A DNA stretch of 64,000 bases. Source: a virus. The position numbers and the translations under genes were made by a program. Below, piece by piece: positions 10,041 to 16,733 of the stretch. The notes beneath the pieces were generated by a model. That model was not told the DNA's origin. It searched no databases and saw only the letters and a program-made list of their open reading frames with translations. Where the stretch lies: positions 32,001 through 96,000 of the IMG/VR virus record IMGVR_UViG_3300037264_001145; one strand, written 5' to 3'. Position 1 is the stretch's first letter. Every line of letters begins with the position of its first letter.

Positions 10041-11087
10041 ATGGCAAATAACAGAGTCTTTTATGCTATTCAGGCGCTTGGATTTGCTCCACATAATACG
10101 GTTGATCCAGCGAATACTCTCGAACCGTCAGGATTTGTTACGGCAAACGGTGTGCAAAGCGTTGGTTTGACAACCACATTTAATCTGGAACAAGTCTTCG
10201 AACTTGGTCAACTTGACCTTTATGAAAATATCGAAGGTATTCCAGATATTGAGATGACGGCCCAAAAGGTTTTGGATGGTTATCCTCTGTTGTATCATCT
10301 TGGCACACCAGGGGCGACTTCTCCTACCCTGATCGGAAGATCTAATGAAAGAACTTATGTTGCATTGAATATTTATCCAGACACGAACGACAATGCTTCT
10401 GGTATCCCTCTACAAAGCGTAGGCATGTCTGGTATGTTCGTTTCTTCGTTATCATACACTCTCAATGTTGATGGTAATTCAACAGAAGATGTCACGTTTG
10501 TAGGCAATAACAAGGAATGGTTTCAGTCTGGTGTATTTTTCAGTCCAGTCGGATTTGACGGAACAGACGAACCGCTTGCCCTAGCTGCTTCCGGAGGTGT
10601 TCAAAGACGAGAGAATGTCATCATGGGTTCTGGCGCAAGTGGTAGTCTATGGCCAATAGAAATTCCTGGCATCAACGGAGCGGGATATAATTTGGTGGAT
10701 GGAGATTCGTTTGCGGTACACTTCCAAACTGTTACAGTTTCTACAGACTTAGGACGAACAGACTTGTTTGAGCTTGGCCGCAGAGGACCATATCATAGAT
10801 TCGTTTCATTCCCTATCGAAGTTACGTGCGCAATAGATATTACCACAAGCGAAGGGGATTTGATTGATGCGCTTGCCGATCCTCCTGGCGGAACAAATCT
10901 AACAGATCAGACGATCAAGATATATATGGACGAAGGAACGATCTTAGATTTGGGAACGAAGAATAAATTGGCTTCGATAAATTACGGTGGGGGAGATACG
11001 GGTGGGGGTAACGTGACCACTTCTTTCCAATATAGTACCTTCAATAAGCTTGACGTGACGCACCCCCAAGATCCAGCAAATCAATAG
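10041..11087 (+). CDS. Major tail tube protein
   Basis: 348 aa, Gly/Thr-rich with two-fold beta architecture (GVQSVGLTTTFNLEQVFELGQ...; TVSTDLGRTDLFELG); RBS aaaggtga; followed by a terminator; canonical position upstream of chaperones and tape measure. Confidence 0.75.
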   Translation: MANNRVFYAIQALGFAPHNTVDPANTLEPSGFVTANGVQSVGLTTTFNLEQVFELGQLDLYENIEGIPDIEMTAQKVLDGYPLLYHLGTPGATSPTLIGRSNERTYVALNIYPDTNDNASGIPLQSVGMSGMFVSSLSYTLNVDGNSTEDVTFVGNNKEWFQSGVFFSPVGFDGTDEPLALAASGGVQRRENVIMGSGASGSLWPIEIPGINGAGYNLVDGDSFAVHFQTVTVSTDLGRTDLFELGRRGPYHRFVSFPIEVTCAIDITTSEGDLIDALADPPGGTNLTDQTIKIYMDEGTILDLGTKNKLASINYGGGDTGGGNVTTSFQYSTFNKLDVTHPQDPANQ

Positions 11088-11107
11088 CTCCTGGATGAGT
11101 GATATTG

Positions 11108-11115
11108 GTGTATAA
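11108..11115 (+). promoter_or_regulatory. GTGTATAA motif abutting the terminator hairpin, upstream of the HNH gene
   Basis: Exact motif seen. Confidence 0.45.
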
Positions 11116-11146
11116 GAAGGATAGAGAGATCTATCCTTCTTTTTTA
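11114..11146 (+). terminator. Intrinsic terminator after the tail tube gene
   Basis: Stem aagaaggatag / ctatccttctt, loop agagat, followed by a T-run. Confidence 0.8.
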
Positions 11147-11158
11147 TTGGAGTAATTT

Positions 11159-11761
11159 ATGGAATCAAAAGAAAGAACTAAAAAATGGAGAAAGAAAAAA
11201 ATTATTAGTGGCTTATGTCCAAGTTGCGGACAAGAAAAGACTTCTGGCAAAAGATGTATAAAATGTTTAAAGAATGCCAAATTGGACAATCAAAGGCGTC
11301 GTAAAGAAAGATTTGAACAAGGGTTGTGTGTTAATTGTGGAAAAAATCCACATAAAGAAAATATGAAAAGATGTCAAGAGTGTTGTGATAAACATCTTCA
11401 GTGGTATAAACAATCTGAATATGTTGAAAAGAATAGGGGATTAGATAAAAAAAGAAGACAAGACAGAAAGTTAAGAATCATTAATCATTATGGTGGAAAA
11501 TGTATTTGTTGTGGAGAAAAAGAATTAATTTTTCTTTGTTTGGATCATATTGATGGTGGAGGAAATGAACACCGAAGACAAATAGGTAATGCAAAAAATA
11601 GATGTGGCTCAAGTAGCACAAATTTTTATAGATGGATAGAAAAAAATAACTATCCAGATATACTTCAACTTTTGTGTCATAACTGTAACGCCGCGAAGGA
11701 AATAAATAATGGAATCTGCCCCCATCAACAAAAAATTCTATTGACCGAGAACGTACAATAA
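11159..11761 (+). CDS. HNH endonuclease with N-terminal CxxC...CxxC zinc-finger repeats
   Basis: CICCG...LCLDHIDGGG...LLCHNCN; N-terminal CPSCG..C.KC and CVNCG..C.EC units. Confidence 0.8.
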   Translation: MESKERTKKWRKKKIISGLCPSCGQEKTSGKRCIKCLKNAKLDNQRRRKERFEQGLCVNCGKNPHKENMKRCQECCDKHLQWYKQSEYVEKNRGLDKKRRQDRKLRIINHYGGKCICCGEKELIFLCLDHIDGGGNEHRRQIGNAKNRCGSSSTNFYRWIEKNNYPDILQLLCHNCNAAKEINNGICPHQQKILLTENVQ

Positions 11762-11836
11762 GATATGGGGTCACTGACACAGGTATCTTAGGGGTTTTAG
11801 ATATATGTGCCTTGATCCTATTTTTATTGGTACGAT

Positions 11837-11965
11837 ATGGGATTATGTAGAAGAGTCATAAAATATAGAAAGAAAAATAGTCTTTGCCCGGTTTGCGGCA
11901 AACCCAATGTAAAAGGCGAGCATTTTTGCGCCCAACATTTACCAAAAAAGGAGGAAAAAAAATGA
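11837..11965 (+). CDS. 42-aa zinc-finger microprotein (not in the ORF track)
   Basis: Manual translation MGLCRRVIKYRKKNSLCPVCGKPNVKGEHFCAQHLPKKEEKK*; its TGA overlaps the next ATG (ATGA at 11962-11965). Confidence 0.55.
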   Translation: MGLCRRVIKYRKKNSLCPVCGKPNVKGEHFCAQHLPKKEEKK

Positions 11966-12129
11966 GATATTGGCCGACAGATAAAAAATATGAATACGTT
12001 CGAGAGGATGGTGAAATTTGGACTCTTACAAATATGCTCAAAAGAGATGTTAATCCCACAATTGTTTATGATGAAGATATACAAGTGCCTAAAATTGTTT
12101 ATAGAACAATGGAAAGAATATTTGTATGA
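11962..12129 (+). CDS. Small hypothetical protein (MRYWPTDKK...)
   Basis: Strong aggagg RBS before ATG 11962, so the start is moved from the track's 11884; ATGA overlaps at both ends. Confidence 0.55.
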   Translation: MRYWPTDKKYEYVREDGEIWTLTNMLKRDVNPTIVYDEDIQVPKIVYRTMERIFV

Positions 12130-12419
12130 CAGAAATTTGTCCAATTTGCAAAGGCAAAGGTAAAATTCCATACGAGAGAGAAATTCATCCTGATGTTGTG
12201 ATTCCGTCAACAACTAATATGGAGGTACGAATGGCACAATGTCATGGATGTAATGGAAAAGGATGGATTAGTCCCAATAACGAACATTGGTATCCACCAG
12301 ATTATCCTATCTATCCGTCTTATCCTGTTTACCCAACTTACCCAACTTGCCCAACTTACCCACATCCTACGTGGTACAATGCGACGATGCAATATGACAA
12401 AAGCAGAATATTTAAATAA
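12126..12419 (+). CDS. DnaJ-type zinc-finger protein with a Tyr-Pro repeat tail
   Basis: CPICKGKG and CHGCNGKG (CxxCxGxG pair); YPxYPxYP tail partly encoded by a 9-bp tandem repeat. Confidence 0.65.
   Translation: MTEICPICKGKGKIPYEREIHPDVVIPSTTNMEVRMAQCHGCNGKGWISPNNEHWYPPDYPIYPSYPVYPTYPTCPTYPHPTWYNATMQYDKSRIFK
12329..12362 (+). repeat. 9-bp tandem repeat (acccaactt), about 3.5 copies
   Basis: ttacccaacttacccaacttgcccaacttaccca seen directly. Confidence 0.8.
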
Positions 12420-12484
12420 TTTAATTGATTCTGGGGTATAATATAATAGTTGGTTTGGTAAATATGGTTCTTAAAGGAGAAACT

Positions 12485-12763
12485 ATGAAGCGTTTTATGG
12501 GTTGTATTTTGGGCTTGGCTCTATTGGTCAGCACAGGATGTGCGTCAAAGACAGTTCTAGGGGTAGGCAAGTGTCAGATTGGTGTACGCACAGCGGCCCA
12601 CGCATGGCAAGGTCCATCTGCGGGTCACAACGAAGCTACAGGGGAATCAAGAGCTACACTTGGTTTCGTGTCAGTAGGGGTTATAGGAAAAGTTGTAGAA
12701 AATGTTGAGGCCGTTACTTTTCAAAGCGTAACTGGTGAAACATCCGTCGTAGACGGCGAGTAA
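12485..12763 (+). CDS. Small lipoprotein
   Basis: RBS aaggaga then ATG 12485; MKRF + hydrophobic stretch + lipobox-like LVSTGC. Confidence 0.65.
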   Translation: MKRFMGCILGLALLVSTGCASKTVLGVGKCQIGVRTAAHAWQGPSAGHNEATGESRATLGFVSVGVIGKVVENVEAVTFQSVTGETSVVDGE

Positions 12764-12764
12764 G

Positions 12765-12772
12765 GTGTATAA
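12765..12772 (+). promoter_or_regulatory. GTGTATAA motif upstream of a short structured non-coding unit
   Basis: Exact motif seen immediately after the lipoprotein stop codon. Confidence 0.5.
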
Positions 12773-12777
12773 GTAGT

Positions 12778-12867
12778 TGTGCGGGCGTCGGTACGCCATT
12801 CATTCGCGTTGGACGCATCTCGCTATTTTAGGCCGAAAGAGACCCTGCTTTGCAGGGTTTCTTTTAT
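12778..12867 (+). ncRNA. Candidate ~90-nt small RNA or cis-regulatory leader
   Basis: GC-rich non-coding stretch between the promoter motif and a terminator; hairpins GGCGT-cggt-ACGCC and GCGT-tgg-ACGC inside a possible closing helix. No known family recognised. Confidence 0.35.
12836..12867 (+). terminator. Intrinsic terminator
   Basis: Stem gagaccctgc / gcagggtttc, loop ttt, followed by tttt. Confidence 0.8.
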
Positions 12868-12906
12868 TTCGACAAAGAATTTTAAAAGTTTTTGGTATAA
12901 TCATAT

Positions 12907-13476
12907 ATGATCAAGCTTAACGACGAGTTACTGTCTGGTAAGCTACAGCCGTTGATTGCTAGTGGCAACATACAAAACAGGGTTCGTGGGATGGCTCATG
13001 AAATCAATGCGTTTTATGGGTGGGAAAAAGGAGAGTTGGTTGTTGTTGGTTTGGCTGACGGAGCAAGTATCTTTTTATCAGACCTGATTAGATCAATACC
13101 CTTTAAAATTAGTTTGAATTTTGTAAAGGTAAAAACATATTGCGGGACAGAAAAGGTTGGTAGAAGCAGGATTGATACCGGGGAATTTTCTGATGATTTT
13201 TGTCACTCTATGGAAGGCAACAATGTATTGATTGTCGATGATGTTTTTGATACGGGAGAATCACTTCAGTCTGTTTGGGAAGCTGTTAACATATTTGGTC
13301 CAAAGACTATAAAAACAGCCGTTTTGATCAACAAGTACAAACAGAGAGACTGCGAGATAAAACCAGACTTTGTGGGTTTTAATGTTGCAGACAAATTCAT
13401 AGTCGGCTATGGTATGGACTACAACAATTACTATAGAAATTTAACAGATATATGTGTATTAAATATGGTGATATGA
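12907..13476 (+). CDS. hpt: Hypoxanthine-guanine phosphoribosyltransferase
   Basis: PRPP-binding VLIVDDVFDTGESL, G..IFLSDL and FIVGYGMDY...YRNL motifs. Confidence 0.92.
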   Translation: MIKLNDELLSGKLQPLIASGNIQNRVRGMAHEINAFYGWEKGELVVVGLADGASIFLSDLIRSIPFKISLNFVKVKTYCGTEKVGRSRIDTGEFSDDFCHSMEGNNVLIVDDVFDTGESLQSVWEAVNIFGPKTIKTAVLINKYKQRDCEIKPDFVGFNVADKFIVGYGMDYNNYYRNLTDICVLNMVI

Positions 13477-13477
13477 T

Positions 13478-13822
13478 ATGGCAAAATATTATTGTCAAAA
13501 TAATCAGTTCAAAACTATAGTTGATGCACCGTCTCCACTGGCGGCTGTTGAAAAAACATTAAGAAAAATAATGAATGACGAAGAAGTTCTTGGCTTATTG
13601 ATGATAATTGGTGAACGAGGTTTTAGTTACAAGCAAGATAATTTGTTGGTTCCAGTCATTCCTGTCTTGAAACAAATGAATGTTATTGACGAAGATATTG
13701 ATTTAGAAAAATTGATTTGCGAATCGTTAAAGATTAAAAGAAAAGATATTTCGGACAAAGAAATAAACTGGTTAATAACTGGAAGATTAGAAGAAGGAGA
13801 AGGAGATGTCGCTAAGGATTAA
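13478..13822 (+). CDS. Hypothetical protein
   Basis: Tightly packed ORF; no motif recognised. Confidence 0.6.
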   Translation: MAKYYCQNNQFKTIVDAPSPLAAVEKTLRKIMNDEEVLGLLMIIGERGFSYKQDNLLVPVIPVLKQMNVIDEDIDLEKLICESLKIKRKDISDKEINWLITGRLEEGEGDVAKD

Positions 13823-14141
13823 AGATGGGGAAAATGAGATTGAAATTTTGTTTGATCATATAAATGAAAAAACTGATTTAAACGAAGAAGTTAGGGCAAG
13901 CCGGATTAGTTCTTTATATCCCTTGCCACCTAATACAAAAGGGACACTGGTGACAATGAAATGTAATGGTCAATTACCAATTACCGCCGTATCTTTATGT
14001 AGTCCAAAAGATAATTTTTCTAAATCCACAGGAAGAAAATTAGCTTTATCAAGAGCTATAAAAATAGCAAAAGAACGTAAAATTATTGATAAAAAGATAA
14101 GTAAAATAATATGGAATGAATATCGAAAGAATTGTAAATAA
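13806..14141 (+). CDS. Phage protein resembling the gp49/gp66 family core
   Basis: T.....NG....AVSLCSPKDNFSKSTGRKLALSRA; RBS ggag upstream. Confidence 0.5.
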   Translation: MSLRIKDGENEIEILFDHINEKTDLNEEVRASRISSLYPLPPNTKGTLVTMKCNGQLPITAVSLCSPKDNFSKSTGRKLALSRAIKIAKERKIIDKKISKIIWNEYRKNCK

Positions 14142-14142
14142 C

Positions 14143-14325
14143 ATGAGAAAAGAAAGAAAATTCAAGAAACAAAAAGTTGATGAAACCATAATATCCTCTA
14201 TTAGTAGTCCTAACGCATGGACCGAGGCTGACGAGGAAGAATGGCTTAAACAACCAGCTTTTGAACTACGGAAACGATTCCCTCCAATGTCTAAACCAAG
14301 GCACGTTAATTATATCGTAAATTAA
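14143..14325 (+). CDS. Small hypothetical protein
   Basis: In-frame ATG two bases after the upstream stop; followed by a terminator. Confidence 0.45.
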   Translation: MRKERKFKKQKVDETIISSISSPNAWTEADEEEWLKQPAFELRKRFPPMSKPRHVNYIVN

Positions 14326-14353
14326 TGAAATAATCCCCATTTCTTGTCTTGCT

Positions 14354-14380
14354 AATGGCCGGTCCTCGGCCATTTTTATT
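14354..14380 (+). terminator. Intrinsic terminator closing the accessory island
   Basis: Stem aatggccg / cggccatt, loop gtcct, followed by tttatt. Confidence 0.75.
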
Positions 14381-14388
14381 GTGTATAA
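14381..14388 (+). promoter_or_regulatory. GTGTATAA motif upstream of the chaperone-tape measure operon
   Basis: Exact motif directly after the terminator. Confidence 0.55.
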
Positions 14389-14445
14389 ACCAATAGGATA
14401 GCAGTAGGATAAGCAGCACCACTATATTCGTGTGTTGGGAATTTT

Positions 14446-15534
14446 ATGGACGCTTTACAAATAGAAAAAACAATTGACATTATATCGTGCGACAAGGTGT
14501 TTACGGAGCAAATATTAGGTGATGGTTCATCAATTGAACTCATACTTTATAATTCTTCCCTTTCTGACAGAAAAAGATCCGTTCTCGTCTACGAAAAAGC
14601 ATATTTAAAAGCTATAGAGATTGGTCTTTTGACAGAAGAAGAATTAAAAATGTTTTATATTGAAGCTGATCTGTGGAGCGTAGACAAGGAAATACGTATA
14701 GAAACTATTAGAAGCGATATCCACAAAATAACCAAGGGTTTACTTAGTTTGATATTTTATCCAAGTAAACTAAGAATGGCCAAGGCTATGCTTAGAAAAG
14801 CAGAAAAAGAACTTAGAAATCTGATCGTAGAAAAAATGACCCTACTGAGACACACCGCAGAAGATTACGCACTATCTCAAAAACAAAGATACATTATTTC
14901 AAAAGTTGTTCATGTTGACGACGGCAGATTCTGGAAATCGGATCGTGATTTTGACAACGAACAAGATATTCAGTTAGTTAATAGATTGTGTTCTTTATTG
15001 TTTGATGAATCAAGATTGGGAATTAAAATTATTAAGGAAGTGGCAAGGTCTAATCAGTGGAAAGTTATCTGGTCTGCAACTAAAAATTCTGGAAATTTAT
15101 TTGAAACACAACCTATTTGTTGGACAGATAATCAAATAGATTTGGCTTATTGGTCTTCTGTTTATGATATGGTCTTAGAAGCTTATGAACGACCCTCTAA
15201 AGAGATTATAGACGACGACGATCTATTAGATTCTTGGTTCATCAATCAACACGACAAAATAGAAGAAAAAGCTAAGGGGAGTAAAATGGATGCTTTGAAA
15301 ACTAACAAGAATGGAAAACAAGAGATTTTTGTTTTTTCAGATAGAGAAGGGGCCAAAGAAGTTTATGGGTTAAACGACAGTATAACAAGATCAAAAATCA
15401 AAGCCAAACAAAAAACCATAAGTTTAAAAGGTCGTATAGCCGAACAAGATCTGCCAGAGAGCCAAACAGAGATGCGGGAACAAATGGTTAATAAACTTAG
15501 GAATCAGATGGGGAATATAAGCAAGGGGAAGTAG
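14446..15534 (+). CDS. Hypothetical helical protein, putative tail assembly chaperone
   Basis: Charged, helical composition; position between tail tube and tape measure. Confidence 0.45.
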   Translation: MDALQIEKTIDIISCDKVFTEQILGDGSSIELILYNSSLSDRKRSVLVYEKAYLKAIEIGLLTEEELKMFYIEADLWSVDKEIRIETIRSDIHKITKGLLSLIFYPSKLRMAKAMLRKAEKELRNLIVEKMTLLRHTAEDYALSQKQRYIISKVVHVDDGRFWKSDRDFDNEQDIQLVNRLCSLLFDESRLGIKIIKEVARSNQWKVIWSATKNSGNLFETQPICWTDNQIDLAYWSSVYDMVLEAYERPSKEIIDDDDLLDSWFINQHDKIEEKAKGSKMDALKTNKNGKQEIFVFSDREGAKEVYGLNDSITRSKIKAKQKTISLKGRIAEQDLPESQTEMREQMVNKLRNQMGNISKGK

Positions 15535-15535
15535 T

Positions 15536-15892
15536 ATGGACCAACTTGATCGTCTAGCTGATTTAAGAAAAAAACAATTGAACGACGCTAAAGTTAGTAG
15601 GAATGAAAAAAACAAGGAAAGGTTTAAGAATATTTGCAAGAAAAAATTTCAAACATGTTTCATTTTCCCCTTAGCGGAATTCGAGGAGGCGTTTGGTAAA
15701 GAATTATTGGGAACAGGATCTCAAGAATATGAATTGACGGACGAGCAAAAGGCAAACAGGATTAAATGGAATCAACTTAGAAAAAACATTTTGGACAAAG
15801 GAAATTCACAGATGAGGGCTTTTTTGTCGGAGATTGAATTGTACGATATTCAATACCGAGGATATCATGTCAATTTTACGGGAGCAAAATAA
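15536..15892 (+). CDS. Hypothetical protein (tail assembly region)
   Basis: Coupled to both neighbours; no motif. Confidence 0.5.
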   Translation: MDQLDRLADLRKKQLNDAKVSRNEKNKERFKNICKKKFQTCFIFPLAEFEEAFGKELLGTGSQEYELTDEQKANRIKWNQLRKNILDKGNSQMRAFLSEIELYDIQYRGYHVNFTGAK

Positions 15893-16731
15893 TGGAAGAC
15901 GTTAAGGAATATTTGTTGGCCAAAAGTGAGGACGGGGTAGATGTTGAAATTTATGTTATTTCTCCAACACATAAAATAATTCAAGATGCGAGTTTAATCT
16001 ATAATATGAAAGTTGCTTCTCTTATACGAGGAGGGAAAAATGTTAACGAAAGATTGCTTTTACGAGCAGAAGTAGAAGAATATTTAGAAAAATTTAATAT
16101 ATGGACCAATGAGGATAGATTGCGAATGGAACAACTAGGATTACGTATTCGATCAATAGAACTCTTGATGAAAAAGGGCGGGATAAAATTATCCGAAGGC
16201 AGACAATTAACAATAGAGACAGGAAGATTAAGAGAACAAATGCTTCAGTTGTATAACAAAAGACAACAATTAGATTCTGCTACAATAGAATCTGTTGCAG
16301 AAAATCACAGATTTAATTTTCTTATCTCTCAATGTGTTTTCAAAAAATCAACGGAACAACCATATTATGGAAGTTTCACTGACTATTTGAATAGGTCTTT
16401 TGAGCAAGTCGCAATAACAGGGGCGAAGAAACTTGCGGAAATGTTATATGGATTGAGCGACAATATTAAAGATACTCTTTTTGAAAACAAGTGGCTTAAA
16501 AAGGCTGGATTTGTTAACGACGATGGAAAATATATAGATAAACAGGGAAGATTAACCGACATAGATGGTCGCCGCATTAACGAAAACGGAAGATTTATTG
16601 ACGAAGAAGGAAATCTTGTAGATAAACATGGAAATTCAGTTGACCAATCGGGGGATTTTCTTGTTGTTGAATCACAACCATTTATAGATGACGAAACTGG
16701 AAATGCGGTAGTGTTTAAAGAAGGTGATTAA
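15892..16731 (+). CDS. Putative tail assembly chaperone with C-terminal DxxG repeats
   Basis: Immediately precedes the tape measure gene; ~7-aa DxxGxxx repeats near the C-terminus. Confidence 0.45.
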   Translation: MEDVKEYLLAKSEDGVDVEIYVISPTHKIIQDASLIYNMKVASLIRGGKNVNERLLLRAEVEEYLEKFNIWTNEDRLRMEQLGLRIRSIELLMKKGGIKLSEGRQLTIETGRLREQMLQLYNKRQQLDSATIESVAENHRFNFLISQCVFKKSTEQPYYGSFTDYLNRSFEQVAITGAKKLAEMLYGLSDNIKDTLFENKWLKKAGFVNDDGKYIDKQGRLTDIDGRRINENGRFIDEEGNLVDKHGNSVDQSGDFLVVESQPFIDDETGNAVVFKEGD

Positions 16732-16733
16732 TA

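Noticed and set aside
12778-12867. Canonical purine (guanine/adenine) riboswitch upstream of hpt
   Set aside because: The conserved loop and junction sequences of that family are absent; kept only as an unclassified RNA candidate.
14446-16733. Programmed -1 frameshift tail-chaperone (G/GT) arrangement
   Set aside because: No convincing slippery heptamer near an ORF end; the ORFs have their own coupled starts.
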